Notes under the pieces: model-generated
What the model was told of the DNA's origin: nothing
What the model saw: the letters and a program-made list of their open reading frames with translations, nothing else
The model's database searches: none
Assembly (NCBI GenBank): GCA_900548005.1
Contig: URIZ01000002.1
Location: 13,488-77,487, forward strand
Source of the DNA: an uncultured Eubacteriales bacterium
Lineage (GTDB): Bacteria; Bacillota; Clostridia; Christensenellales; CAG-917
Length of the DNA stretch: 64,000 nt
Reading direction: 5' to 3'
Program-made: the position numbers and the translations under genes
Shown: one piece after another, positions 42,723 through 52,878 of the stretch
How the letters are laid out: every line of letters begins with the position of its first letter
How positions within the stretch are numbered: the stretch's first letter is position 1

Positions 42723-45700
42723 TTGTTAAATTTCGTCAAAATCGAAGCAAGGGGTTTCAAATCCTTTGCTGACAAAATCGAAATTCCGTTTCAGGAAGGC
42801 GTAACGGCGATTATCGGACCGAACGGGTGCGGCAAATCCAACGTTGCGGACGCTATCCGTTGGACGCTGGGCGAGCAAAGCGCAAAATCTCTGCGCGGCA
42901 AAAACATGCAAGACGTCATTTTTGCCGGCACGGAAAAGCGCAAGAGCATGTCTTATTGCGAAGTGTCGCTCACATTCAACAACTCGAATCAGCACATTTT
43001 CCCCACGATGCCTTTCGACGAAGTGGTCATCACGAGAAAACTTGATCGCAGCGGACTTTCCGAATACTACATAAACCACAATCGCGTTCGTATGCGTGAC
43101 GTCATTTCCCTTTTCCACGACACGGGCATCGGCAAGGAGGGCTATTCCATCATCGGACAGGGCAGAGTTGCCGAAATCATGTCCGCAAAGCCGGGGGATC
43201 GCCGTCAGATATTCGAAGAAGCGGCAGGCATTTCAAAATTCCGCGCGCAACGCACCGAGGCGGAAAGAAAACTTGAAAAAACCGCCGTCAATCTCGACAC
43301 GGCAAATCAGCTCATCGAAGAAATTCAAAAGCAAATCAATCCTTTGCGCCGCCAAGCAGAGACCGCGCAAAAGTATTTTGAACTCAAAGCCGAGCTGAAA
43401 AAGAACGAAGTCAATCTCTACATCTACAACTACGAGAACAACCAAGGCATAAAAGAGAAGATCAACGCCAAGATCGATAAGGCGGTGACCGAGCTTAGAA
43501 TCCGCGAGATGCAACTTGCAGAGTGCGTCAAAAAATACGATGACAGCATGCGAGAGCTTGCCGGCATTGACAGAGTGTATGACGATGCCAACGGCGAGTT
43601 GTTGTCGCTAAAAGTCGACGCGGCGAAAATCGAAGGTCAAGCGGGCATTCTCAAAGAGCGTATCAACCACATTCAAGGCGAGATCACAAGACTTAACAGC
43701 GAGTTGCAATCTATTGACAATCAGCTCATCGTCAGCGGCAATCTCATTCAAAAGGCGGAAGAGAAGAAGGAAAGCGAGTTTCAAGCGTTCTTGCTTGCAA
43801 AACAGGAAGCGGACGCATTGGAAGCCAAGTATTCTTCGCTCACTCGTACGCTTGCGGGCTCGGAGACCGATCTTGAGGCTCGCAACACTGAGTACGTCCG
43901 CGCAATCGAAGAATTGGGCGCATTGAAGACCAATCTTTCAAGTATTGTTGCCGAAAAAGGTATCAACGAAGAGCGCGCCAAAAACTTGAACGCACTTGTC
44001 AATCAGCAAAAAGCGCGCCTTGACGAAGAACTCACCAATCTGTCAATATACGATGCAAACGTCAAATCCACAAAAGAGCGTATGCGTCAGCTTATGACGG
44101 AGTACAACGAGACGCTTTCCACAAAAATGGAGTGTCAAGAGGCGATAAAGAGTTATGCCGACGACGTGATTTCGCTCAACCAAAAGCTTGCGATCGTGCT
44201 GAGCAATCTCAACCTTGCAACGTCCATAAAGAACGACTATGCAGGCTATCAAGAGGCGGTCAAACGTCTTATGCAGGACTCAAAACACGATCCGGTGCTC
44301 GAGAGCAAAATCATGGGCGTTATGGCGGAAGTCATCACCGTTCCGAGCGATTTTGAGGCGGCAATCGAATACGCGCTCGGCGGAGCAATGCAAAACGTGC
44401 TTGTCGAGAACGAAAACGACGCAAAAGACCTTATCAACTATTTGAAACAAAAAGGCTATGGTCGTATTACGTTCCGTCCGCTATCTTCTTGCCGTCCGCG
44501 CCCCATACCTGCCGAACATCGCGGCATTTTGTCCGAGCCGGGCTGCTACGGGCTTGCGAGCGATCTTATCAAATACGACAAGCGGTTTGACGGATTTGTG
44601 CAGACGTTGCTTGGCTCGACCGTGGTTGTCAACAACATCGACAACGCAGTCAGAATATTCAAAAAATACAATCAAGCGGTGAAGATTGTCACTCTTGACG
44701 GCGAAATTTTCTCTCGCGGCGGCGAAATCACGGGTGGTTCGAGAAGATCTCAAACCAACGGTTTGCTTGCGCAAGAGAAGAAGATCGAACAATATCAAGC
44801 GAGTCTTGAAAAGATCAAGAGCAACATCGCGCTTTTGGACAAGCAAAAGCAAGAGCGCGAGCAAGAACTCAAAGATTGTGAAGAGCGCATCGAGAGTTTG
44901 AATAAGGAAATCGGCGAGTTGCGCATAGACAATGGGCTCAACGAAGACAAGGCAAAACAAGCCTTTGAAGTGACCGAGGCTCTCAAGGGCGAAATCTCCG
45001 AAAAGGCGAAGGAATACGAGATTGTCAAGTCGCGTATAAAGGAATTGGACGAAAAAGTCAGCTCCATTGACGAGCTTGAAAAGATTGTCAACGAGAGAAA
45101 GACGGAATACACCACCTTGCTTGAAAGCTCCAAGAGCACAAGCTCCGAGCAAAAGAGCGAGCGTGAAACCATGATGACGCAAGTCACCGAAATGCGAGTC
45201 AAACTTGCGGGATACAAGGCAAATCTTGACGCTATCGACCAAGAGCTCAACCGCTACAACCGCGAAAAGCAATCGCTTGAAGAAGACAAGATGGATTGCA
45301 TTGCCGACCTAAAACGCGAAGAGCAAAATCTTGCCAACATCGAAAACGCGCCTGAAAAAACCGTGTTCTCAAAGGAAGACGAAGAACGTATTGCGGCTCT
45401 TGAAAAGCAAATTACGGAATTTTCCGAACGCAAGCAAATTCTCACCGAAAGCATCAAATCGCTTGACGCGGAGAAGACTCGTCTTACGGAAGAAAAGAGC
45501 AAGCTCGGCGAAGACAAGGTGCGCGCGGAAGGTATGTTGCAACAAGTGGACATTGAGATCCGCAATCAACAACAACACATTCTCGAAGAGTACGATTTGA
45601 CGTATTCGAGCTGTCTTGAATTCAAAGATCCCGAGTTCAAGGCGTACGGCGCGCTGACCGTCATATCCGACCTTAAAAAGTCCATCAACAGGCTCGGCGA

Positions 45701-46313
45701 CGTCAACCCGCTCGCTTTGCAGACCTTGCAAGAGACCGAAGAAAGACTTCAAGAGCAAGTGACCTATCGCGACGACATCCAAAAAGCGTATGATGACATC
45801 GTCACAATCATCAACGAGCTTACGGGCGAGATGCAAACCAAGTTTACGGACGCTTTTGCCCAAATCAGCGAAAACTTCAAGGAAGTGTTCCAACAACTCT
45901 TCGGCGGTGGCAAGGGCGAGCTGCGTCTAAACATGCAAGACACGGACGATCCGCTTGAAGCGGGTATCGACATCTACGCTCAGCCCCCGGGAAAGAAATT
46001 GCAAAACATCTCGCTTTTGAGCGGCGGAGAGCAAGCACTCACGGCAATATCCATATTGTTTGCAATCCTCAAGCTCAAACCGATGCCGTTCTGCGTGCTT
46101 GACGAAATCGAAGCGGCTCTTGACGATGCAAACGTCAACTTGTTTGCCGAATTCTTGAAGAAATTCAGCGACTACACGCAATTCATCGTCATCACGCACA
46201 GAAAACCGACCATGCGCCACGCAGACACGATTTTCGGTGTTACGATGGAAGAAAAGGGCGTCACCAAGATCGTTTCAATCGAATTTGAAGATGCGGTAAA
46301 ACACGCAAAATGA
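42723..46313 (+). CDS. smc: chromosome partition protein Smc
   Basis: Walker A GPNGCGKSN, long coiled coils, hinge, signature LSGGEQALTAI, Walker B FCVLDEIEAALD. The TTG 42723 start (AAGGCGGTG RBS) gives the canonical M-LNFVKIEARGFKSF N-terminus. The ORF is open from 42669. Confidence 0.9.
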   Translation: MLNFVKIEARGFKSFADKIEIPFQEGVTAIIGPNGCGKSNVADAIRWTLGEQSAKSLRGKNMQDVIFAGTEKRKSMSYCEVSLTFNNSNQHIFPTMPFDEVVITRKLDRSGLSEYYINHNRVRMRDVISLFHDTGIGKEGYSIIGQGRVAEIMSAKPGDRRQIFEEAAGISKFRAQRTEAERKLEKTAVNLDTANQLIEEIQKQINPLRRQAETAQKYFELKAELKKNEVNLYIYNYENNQGIKEKINAKIDKAVTELRIREMQLAECVKKYDDSMRELAGIDRVYDDANGELLSLKVDAAKIEGQAGILKERINHIQGEITRLNSELQSIDNQLIVSGNLIQKAEEKKESEFQAFLLAKQEADALEAKYSSLTRTLAGSETDLEARNTEYVRAIEELGALKTNLSSIVAEKGINEERAKNLNALVNQQKARLDEELTNLSIYDANVKSTKERMRQLMTEYNETLSTKMECQEAIKSYADDVISLNQKLAIVLSNLNLATSIKNDYAGYQEAVKRLMQDSKHDPVLESKIMGVMAEVITVPSDFEAAIEYALGGAMQNVLVENENDAKDLINYLKQKGYGRITFRPLSSCRPRPIPAEHRGILSEPGCYGLASDLIKYDKRFDGFVQTLLGSTVVVNNIDNAVRIFKKYNQAVKIVTLDGEIFSRGGEITGGSRRSQTNGLLAQEKKIEQYQASLEKIKSNIALLDKQKQEREQELKDCEERIESLNKEIGELRIDNGLNEDKAKQAFEVTEALKGEISEKAKEYEIVKSRIKELDEKVSSIDELEKIVNERKTEYTTLLESSKSTSSEQKSERETMMTQVTEMRVKLAGYKANLDAIDQELNRYNREKQSLEEDKMDCIADLKREEQNLANIENAPEKTVFSKEDEERIAALEKQITEFSERKQILTESIKSLDAEKTRLTEEKSKLGEDKVRAEGMLQQVDIEIRNQQQHILEEYDLTYSSCLEFKDPEFKAYGALTVISDLKKSINRLGDVNPLALQTLQETEERLQEQVTYRDDIQKAYDDIVTIINELTGEMQTKFTDAFAQISENFKEVFQQLFGGGKGELRLNMQDTDDPLEAGIDIYAQPPGKKLQNISLLSGGEQALTAISILFAILKLKPMPFCVLDEIEAALDDANVNLFAEFLKKFSDYTQFIVITHRKPTMRHADTIFGVTMEEKGVTKIVSIEFEDAVKHAK

Positions 46314-46322
46314 GCAAAAACC

Positions 46323-46510
46323 GTCGCATAGGCAACGGCATCGCTTGCAAGCAAGCAATGCCGAGAGCCTGGCTAGGTTTATTGCTCTGCTAACCGCGCA
46401 GAGAATTTGCGCTCTCAGTTCAAGCAGGGGCAAAAACTCCTGTTGCAGTTTCGCCAAATTATCTGCTTGGTATGTTCGAAAGGGCGGGACACCCGCACCC
46501 GAATAAAAAT
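46323..46510. repeat. dispersed repeat, P+Q modules plus GGGCGGG hairpin (copy 2a)
   Basis: Direct tandem partner of 46511-46658. Starts 10 nt after the smc stop. Confidence 0.9.
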
Positions 46511-46658
46511 GTCGCATAGGCAACGGCATCGCTTGCAAGCAAGCAATGCCGAGAGCCTGGCTAGGTTTATTGCTCTGCTAACCGCGCAGAGAATTTGTGA
46601 CAGTTCAAGCAGGGGCAAAAACTCCGACCGCAGTTTCGCCAAATTATCTGCTTGGTGG
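46511..46658. repeat. dispersed repeat, P+Q modules (copy 2b)
   Basis: Near-identical to 46323-46471 over the P hairpin and the TCTGCTAACCGCGCAGAGAATTTG...CTGCTTGGT core. Confidence 0.9.
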
Positions 46659-46696
46659 CTCGCTCCGCTAGCGGTTTGTCGCAAAAGCCCCCTGTT

Positions 46697-46924
46697 GTCA
46701 TTGCGAGCGCAAGCGTGGCAATCTCGCGGGAGCGGAATGATGTGAAATGACGTGCATATAGTGCCGTTTCGTTTCCACGAGATCCTTCGACAAGCTACTC
46801 GCAACAGCTATGCTTACGCATAGAACCTGCGGTTTTGCCTTTTTCAAAGGCGTTGCTACGTGAATACATATGCTACGCAACCCTTGCAAGCAAGTTGCTC
46901 CGCTTTGCATTGACAGGATGACAA
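46697..46924. repeat. dispersed repeat, R module (copy 2 of 2)
   Basis: Matches 26424-26651, with the central 88 bp (46708-46795) inverted. Ends 70 nt before the ftsY ATG. Confidence 0.9.
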
Positions 46925-46993
46925 TAAGGGCGGCTCGTTGGAATATCGCCATTTGAATGGCAAGTACAATAAAATCTTATAAAGGATGACAAT

Positions 46994-47887
46994 ATGGGAT
47001 TTTTTCAAAAAATCAAAGAAGGTATAAAAAAGACCAAAGACGCTTTCTCAAAAAAGCTGTTTTTTGCATTTTCCGCACGTGAACTCAACGATGAGTTTTA
47101 TGAAAATCTCGAAGAAGCGTTGCTGACCGCCGACGTTGGCATAACCGCAACCGAAAACTTGCTTGAAGAGCTTAAAAACGAGATTTTCAAGCGCAAAATC
47201 AAGAAACCCGAAGATGCCAAATCCGTGCTTGCCGAGCTTATGGTGCAAGACATCGATTATGATGTGCCGGAGTATGAATATCCGCTCGTGATTTTGCTTT
47301 CGGGCGTCAACGGCGTTGGCAAAACGACTGCGATCGGCAAACTTGCGCACAGATTCAAAGAAGAAGGCAAGTCGGTTGTGGTTGCGGCGGCAGATACGTT
47401 CAGAGCGGCGGCAAGCGAGCAACTCGAAGTGTGGGGGCAGCGTGCAGGCGTGCGTGTGATTCGCCACAGCGAAGGCGCAGATCCTGCAGCAGTCGTGTTT
47501 GACGCGATTTCGTCCGCAAAGGCAAAAGGCAATGACGTTGTGCTTATCGACACGGCAGGCAGACTTCACAACAAGAAGAATCTCATGGCGGAATTGCAAA
47601 AGATTTGCCGTGTGGTGGATATAGAACTTCCCGAGGCGGACTTCCGCAAATATCTCGTGCTTGACGCAACGACTGGACAAAACGCGGTTTCTCAGGCGCA
47701 AATTTTCAGTGAAGACATCGACACTGACGGCATCATTCTCACAAAACTTGACGGAACGGCAAAGGGCGGTGTCGTGCTTGCAATCAGCGATGAAATCGGA
47801 CTTCCCGTCGTATATGTAGGTGTTGGCGAACAAATCGACGATTTGATCCCCTTCAACGCAAAGGAATTTATCGACGCATTGCTGTAA
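46994..47887 (+). CDS. ftsY: signal recognition particle receptor FtsY (short form)
   Basis: NG domain with GVNGVGKTTAIGKLA, DTAGRLHNK, TKLDGTAKGG. Confidence 0.92.
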   Translation: MGFFQKIKEGIKKTKDAFSKKLFFAFSARELNDEFYENLEEALLTADVGITATENLLEELKNEIFKRKIKKPEDAKSVLAELMVQDIDYDVPEYEYPLVILLSGVNGVGKTTAIGKLAHRFKEEGKSVVVAAADTFRAAASEQLEVWGQRAGVRVIRHSEGADPAAVVFDAISSAKAKGNDVVLIDTAGRLHNKKNLMAELQKICRVVDIELPEADFRKYLVLDATTGQNAVSQAQIFSEDIDTDGIILTKLDGTAKGGVVLAISDEIGLPVVYVGVGEQIDDLIPFNAKEFIDALL

Positions 47888-47915
47888 AACAGTGGTTTAG
47901 ATTATCAAAAAATGC

Positions 47916-47943
47916 AAAAGCGAGGCTGAAAAGTCTCGCTTTT
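47916..47943 (+). terminator. terminator after ftsY
   Basis: AAAAGCGAG-GCTGAAAAGT-CTCGCTTTTG. Confidence 0.7.
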
Positions 47944-48142
47944 GAAATTTCTTGAACGTTGAGTTTTGATATAACACTACGTTGCATTTTACGCTATATT
48001 ACATTGATTTTTAATAAAGTAATATATTGGTTTTTTTTTGCATTGTATTTCGTTTGTGAGTCGGACTGTTTTGCGGTTTGGTGATAATATATGTTTTTAG
48101 TTAAAATAATACAAAATATGTCCGTATGTAATGTAAATTTGC

Positions 48143-48171
48143 TTGACACCCTTTTTAATTCGGAGTATTAT
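48143..48171 (+). promoter_or_regulatory. sigma-A-type promoter for ylxM-ffh
   Basis: TTGACA, 17-nt spacer, TATTAT. Confidence 0.6.
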
Positions 48172-48203
48172 AGTGTCAAGCAATTGTGTTTGACAGGTGC
48201 AAT

Positions 48204-48527
48204 ATGGACAGATTTGAAATTTCATTGCTCAGGAACTACTATGGTGCGCTCCTGACTCAAAGACAAAACGAGATGCTTGTTATGCATTATGACGAAGATT
48301 TGTCTTTTGGTGAAATCGCGTCCATTTGCGGCGTATCACGTCAAGCCGTTCTCGACGGAATCAACAAGGGCGAAAAGCATCTTGTAGAATTTGAAGAGAA
48401 GTTGCATTGGGTTGAAAAAGACAAGCGTATCAATAGTCTACTTGACGATTTGACCCTTGCCATCGGCAAGGATGAGACCAAACAAGCGGCTTGCGTGGCC
48501 GAGATCAAGCGTATATTGGTGGAATAA
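48204..48527 (+). CDS. ylxM: UPF0122 helix-turn-helix protein YlxM
   Basis: About 107 aa, sigma-region-4-like HTH (LSFGEIASICGVSRQAVLDGINKG). Lies immediately upstream of ffh with a TAATG overlap, the conserved Firmicute arrangement. Confidence 0.85.
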   Translation: MDRFEISLLRNYYGALLTQRQNEMLVMHYDEDLSFGEIASICGVSRQAVLDGINKGEKHLVEFEEKLHWVEKDKRINSLLDDLTLAIGKDETKQAACVAEIKRILVE

Positions 48528-49861
48528 TGGCATTATTTGAAAGTCTTTCTGACAGAATGAATCACATATTCTCGAAACTGCGCAACAAGGGCAGATTGAC
48601 GGAACTTGAAATAAAGCAAGCGATGCGCGAGATTCGCGTTGCGCTTTTGGAGGCGGACGTAAACTACAACGTCGTGAAGGACTTCACGGCAAAGGTTAGC
48701 GAAAAGGCATTAGGAGAAGACATTCTCAAGTCTTTGACGCCTGCGCAACAAATCGTGAAGATCGTCAACGAAGAGCTTTGCGCGCTCATGGGCAGCACTC
48801 ATCAAAAACTTGCCGTCAGCGACAAACAACCCACGATTTATATGATGTGCGGTTTGCAAGGCGCGGGCAAAACCACGATGTGCGGCAAACTTGCAACCTA
48901 TCTCAAAAAGCAAAACAAAAAAGTGCTGCTCGTTGCAGGGGATATATACAGACCTGCCGCAATACAACAACTCAAAGTCGTTGCGGGCAAAGCGGGCACA
49001 GAATGTTTCGAGATGGGGCAAATCGATCCCGTCAAGATTGCAAAAGCCGGCGTTGAGTATGCCATCAAAAACGGCTACGACACGATGATAATCGACACGG
49101 CAGGTCGTTTGCATATCGACGAGGCTCTTATGGACGAGCTTGTCAACGTCAAAAAAGCGGTCAATCCCACAGAGATTTTGCTTGTGGTGGACAGCATGAC
49201 GGGACAAGACGCAGTCACAGTTGCGGATACGTTCAACAAAAAACTCGATATAACCGGCGTCATCATGACGAAACTTGACGGCGACACTCGCGGCGGCGCG
49301 GCGTTGTCCATAAAAGCGGTGACGGGCAAGCCTATCAAATTCAACGGCACGGGCGAGAAGATGGAAGATCTCGAACCTTTCCATCCCGAACGCATGGCAT
49401 CGAGAATACTCGGCATGGGTGACGTGCTTACGCTCATAGAAAAGGCAGAGCAGGCTATATCCCAAGACGAAGCTCTCAAACTGCAAAAGAAACTGAAAGA
49501 GAATTCTTTCAATCTCGAAGACTATCTCACTCAGCTTGAAAGCATGAAGAAGATGGGCAACCTTCAAGATATGATGTCCATGATCCCTGGCATGTCCGGC
49601 AAGCTCAAGCAAGGTGCGCAAATCGACGAAAAGCAAATTGCAAAAACCAAGGCGATCATTCAATCTATGACTCCCAAGGAAAGACGCAACCCCGAGATCA
49701 TCAAAGCCTCTCAAAGAAAGCGCATTGCAAAGGGTAGCGGGACGAGCATCCAAGAAGTCAATCAACTGCTCAAACAGTTTGAAATGACCAAAGATATGAT
49801 GGCTCGCATGCAAAAGGGCGGTTTGAAAGGATTGCGCGGCTTGAAAGGTCTTTTCGGCTGA
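48527..49861 (+). CDS. ffh: signal recognition particle protein Ffh
   Basis: MALFESLSDR N-terminus, GLQGAGKTT, DTAGRLHID, TKLDGDTRGG, Met-rich M domain. Confidence 0.95.
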   Translation: MALFESLSDRMNHIFSKLRNKGRLTELEIKQAMREIRVALLEADVNYNVVKDFTAKVSEKALGEDILKSLTPAQQIVKIVNEELCALMGSTHQKLAVSDKQPTIYMMCGLQGAGKTTMCGKLATYLKKQNKKVLLVAGDIYRPAAIQQLKVVAGKAGTECFEMGQIDPVKIAKAGVEYAIKNGYDTMIIDTAGRLHIDEALMDELVNVKKAVNPTEILLVVDSMTGQDAVTVADTFNKKLDITGVIMTKLDGDTRGGAALSIKAVTGKPIKFNGTGEKMEDLEPFHPERMASRILGMGDVLTLIEKAEQAISQDEALKLQKKLKENSFNLEDYLTQLESMKKMGNLQDMMSMIPGMSGKLKQGAQIDEKQIAKTKAIIQSMTPKERRNPEIIKASQRKRIAKGSGTSIQEVNQLLKQFEMTKDMMARMQKGGLKGLRGLKGLFG

Positions 49862-49979
49862 TAAGCTGCAAAAATCGGCAAGACTATTCCAAAACTCGCC
49901 GAAAAATAGAAATATATAACACAAAATATATATAAAAACAACAAAAAAAACAATTTTTCACACAAGGAGAATCAACACT

Positions 49980-50228
49980 ATGGTTAAACTTAGACTCACC
50001 AGAATGGGCGCAACCAAAGCACCTTTCTATCGCATCGTCGCAATGGACTCTCGCAAGGCAAGAGACGGCAAATACATTGACCAAATCGGCATCTACAACC
50101 CCGTTTCCGAACCCAAGCAAATCGTTATCGACGCCGACAAAGCAAAAGAATGGCTCGCAAAAGGCGCACAACCCACCGACACCGTTATGGGTCTTCTCGT
50201 TTCTCAAGGTATCGTCGAGAAAAAGTAA
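49980..50228 (+). CDS. rpsP: 30S ribosomal protein S16
   Basis: [21 protein letters not shown] is a canonical S16 N-terminus. Confidence 0.93.
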   Translation: MVKLRLTRMGATKAPFYRIVAMDSRKARDGKYIDQIGIYNPVSEPKQIVIDADKAKEWLAKGAQPTDTVMGLLVSQGIVEKK

Positions 50229-50241
50229 TTGGTGATTTCAA

Positions 50242-50481
50242 ATGATTGAATTGGTCGAATATCTCGTCTCATCGCTCGTTCCCGACGGCGATTACACCGT
50301 CGAGATGATAGAAGGCGCCAATGCAAACGACATCATTGTCACGATTGCAAAAAAGGACATCGGAAAAGTCATCGGCAAGCAGGGCAGAATTGCAAAAGCA
50401 ATCCGCACTCTCGTCAAATCCGCAAGTGCAAAAAGCAACGTGAAATACAATGTCGTCATTGAAGAGAAAAATGAAATCTGA
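50242..50481 (+). CDS. KH-domain RNA-binding protein (UPF0109, YlqC-like)
   Basis: GKVIGKQGRIAKAIRTL KH motif. Conserved position between rpsP and rimM. Confidence 0.85.
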   Translation: MIELVEYLVSSLVPDGDYTVEMIEGANANDIIVTIAKKDIGKVIGKQGRIAKAIRTLVKSASAKSNVKYNVVIEEKNEI

Positions 50482-50974
50482 GTTGACTATCGGAAAGGTT
50501 TTGAAACCGCGCGGACTCAAAGGAGAATTGAAGTTTGAGACTTATTCTTCCGATCCCGCACGGTTTTCTTGCCTGAAAAAACTCGGTATCGACAATACGG
50601 AATACGCCGTTGAGCGTATCAGCGTGGAAGGCAACGTGGCTTATTGCGTGCTTTTTGGCGTTGACAGCGTGGAAAAGGCGGAAAGTTTGCGCGGAAAACT
50701 TGTCACTTGTGACAGGAACGATTTGCCCGCGCTTGAAGAAGGAGAGCATTATATCGTGGACATGATCGGTCTTGCCGTGGTCGTAAACGGCGAAACGAAA
50801 GGCAGAATCAGCGACATTTTGCAATATGGATCTGCCGACGTGTACGTTGTCAAAAACGGCGACGTTCAGTTCAGTTTCCCTGCGATAAAAGGCGTTGTCA
50901 AACAGGTTGACATCGATGGCGGAAAGATTGTCGTTGATGATTTTCTATTTGACAGAGTGGTTGTCTACAATTGA
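50471..50974 (+). CDS. rimM: ribosome maturation factor RimM
   Basis: IGKVLKPRGLKGELKF N-terminus and a PRC-barrel C-terminus. ATG 50471 overlaps the KH gene end. Confidence 0.88.
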   Translation: MKSELTIGKVLKPRGLKGELKFETYSSDPARFSCLKKLGIDNTEYAVERISVEGNVAYCVLFGVDSVEKAESLRGKLVTCDRNDLPALEEGEHYIVDMIGLAVVVNGETKGRISDILQYGSADVYVVKNGDVQFSFPAIKGVVKQVDIDGGKIVVDDFLFDRVVVYN

Positions 50975-50984
50975 TGCTTTCAAC

Positions 50985-51014
50985 AAATTCGGCGCATTAG
51001 ATAGCCGAATTTTT
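50985..51014 (+). terminator. terminator-like hairpin between rimM and trmD
   Basis: AAATTCGGC-GCATTAGATA-GCCGAATTTTTG. Confidence 0.55.
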
Positions 51015-51123
51015 GTTGTATAGAACGATATATTACTTCGTTTGGCAAATCGAGAAGATATATCTTTTTATATAAGGAATTTCAAAAACCGTCGGTCTTG
51101 TCCGCGGTATGAAAGGTGAAAAA

Positions 51124-51843
51124 ATGAGATTTGACGTTCTTACGATATTTCCCGAATATTTTGACGTGCTGCGTCTTAGCCTTCTCGGAAAGGCGATAGA
51201 CGGCGGCAAATTTGACGTTCAAGTCACAAATATCCGCGATTTTTCAAAGGACAAGCATCTCAAAACCGACGATACGCCTTACGGTGGCGGCGCAGGAATG
51301 GTGATGACTCCCGATCCCATCGTGAGCGCAATCGAAACGCTCGATCCCAATCACGAGGCATGGAGAGTGTATATGTCTCCGCGCGGCAAGCGGCTCGGCC
51401 AAAAGAAAGTGGAAAGCCTTGCAAAAGAGAAGAGAATACTCATCCTTTGCGGCGACTACGAAGGTGTGGATCAAAGAGCCATCGACATTGCAATAGACGA
51501 AGAGTTGTCAATCGGCGATTATGTGCTTACGGGCGGCGAATTGCCTGCTCTTGTGACCATAAACGCCGTGGCAAGATACGTTGACGGAGTGCTTGGCAGT
51601 GACGAATCCACCAAGGAAGAGAGCTTTTCCAACGGACTTTTGGAATACCCGCAATACACGCGCCCCGAAAACTATCGCGGCTACAAAGTGCCCGAAGTGC
51701 TGCAATGCGGCAATCACAAGGACATCGAGAAGTGGCGACTTGAAAAATCGCTTGAAATAACGATGAAAAATCGTCCTGATTTGTTCAGAGAGTTGGATTT
51801 GAAAGAGTTTTTGCCGACCAAGAAGTCGAAACGTCGCAGATAA
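51124..51843 (+). CDS. trmD: tRNA (guanine37-N1)-methyltransferase
   Basis: MRFDVLTIFPEYF N-terminus, YGGGAGMVM, GDYVLTGGELPA. Confidence 0.93.
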   Translation: MRFDVLTIFPEYFDVLRLSLLGKAIDGGKFDVQVTNIRDFSKDKHLKTDDTPYGGGAGMVMTPDPIVSAIETLDPNHEAWRVYMSPRGKRLGQKKVESLAKEKRILILCGDYEGVDQRAIDIAIDEELSIGDYVLTGGELPALVTINAVARYVDGVLGSDESTKEESFSNGLLEYPQYTRPENYRGYKVPEVLQCGNHKDIEKWRLEKSLEITMKNRPDLFRELDLKEFLPTKKSKRRR

Positions 51844-51920
51844 CCGAACAAATTGCTCGCACGCCGTATCGCAGTTTTCAATGCGATACGCGCAGTTTCA
51901 CGTTTAATAATAAAAGGAGA

Positions 51921-52787
51921 ATGACAGTGAATATACAATGGTTTCCCGGTCATATGACGAAAGCAATTCGCATGATGGAAGACAATCTTCGTCTTGTGGA
52001 CGCGCTTATATACGTTATTGACGCAAGAGCGGTGTATTCTTGCGACAATCCCCTTTTCAACAAACTTTTGCAAGGCAAAAAAGTCCTTTACGTCTTCAAC
52101 AAATGCGACCTGGTGGACAAAAACGACCTTGCGCTTTGGTGCGATGAGTTCAAGCGACAGGGCAAACCTTTCGTCAAGGCGATAGGCACGTCCGGCGACT
52201 GCTCGCAAATCGTTGCGGGGCTCAAACAAGTCGTTTCCGACAAAATCGAAAAATACGCCGCAAAAGGCGCGAATATATCTGTCAGAGCAATGGTTGTGGG
52301 CGTGCCAAACAGCGGAAAATCCACAATCATCAACGCTATGGTCAAAAAGGCGAAAGCGGTGACGGGGGACAGACCCGGAGTCACGCGCGGAAAGCAATGG
52401 CTGTCCATTGACAACGTAGACTTTTTGGACACTCCCGGCACGCTGTGGGGCAAGTTTGAAGATCAAAAAGTCGCGCATCATCTTGCTTATATCGGCTCGA
52501 TAAGAGAAGACATCCTCGATGAGTGTGAGCTTGCGTTCGACTTTCTTGACGAGATAAAAAAACTTTATCCGCAAAACCTTGCGGATCGTTACAATTTGAG
52601 CGGCGAAAACGATGATACGCTTGCGATTTTTGAAGAAATCGCATCGACAAGAGGGTTCAAGCTCAAAGGCAATCAGCCCGACTACGAGCGCACGGCAAAG
52701 ATGATAATCGACGAGTTCAGGAAGGGCAAACTTGGCAAAATCATGCTTGAAAAACCCAAAGCGAAACTTGTTCTCAAAGAAAATTAA
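51921..52787 (+). CDS. rbgA: ribosome biogenesis GTPase A (YlqF/RbgA)
   Basis: IQWFPGHMTKA, circularly permuted GTPase order (NKCDL before GVPNSGKST, DTPG). Confidence 0.9.
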   Translation: MTVNIQWFPGHMTKAIRMMEDNLRLVDALIYVIDARAVYSCDNPLFNKLLQGKKVLYVFNKCDLVDKNDLALWCDEFKRQGKPFVKAIGTSGDCSQIVAGLKQVVSDKIEKYAAKGANISVRAMVVGVPNSGKSTIINAMVKKAKAVTGDRPGVTRGKQWLSIDNVDFLDTPGTLWGKFEDQKVAHHLAYIGSIREDILDECELAFDFLDEIKKLYPQNLADRYNLSGENDDTLAIFEEIASTRGFKLKGNQPDYERTAKMIIDEFRKGKLGKIMLEKPKAKLVLKEN

Positions 52788-52878
52788 AAACAAAGAAATA
52801 TCCGACAATATCGATATTCTAAACACATAAAATCGGTTTTTTGACCAATTTATAAAACGCAAAACCAAGGATAAAATT

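Noticed and set aside
48710-49924. 404-aa minus-strand ORF
   Set aside because: It is antisense to ffh, whose identity is unambiguous.
51714-52868. 384-aa minus-strand ORF
   Set aside because: It is antisense to rbgA and the end of trmD, with no motifs.
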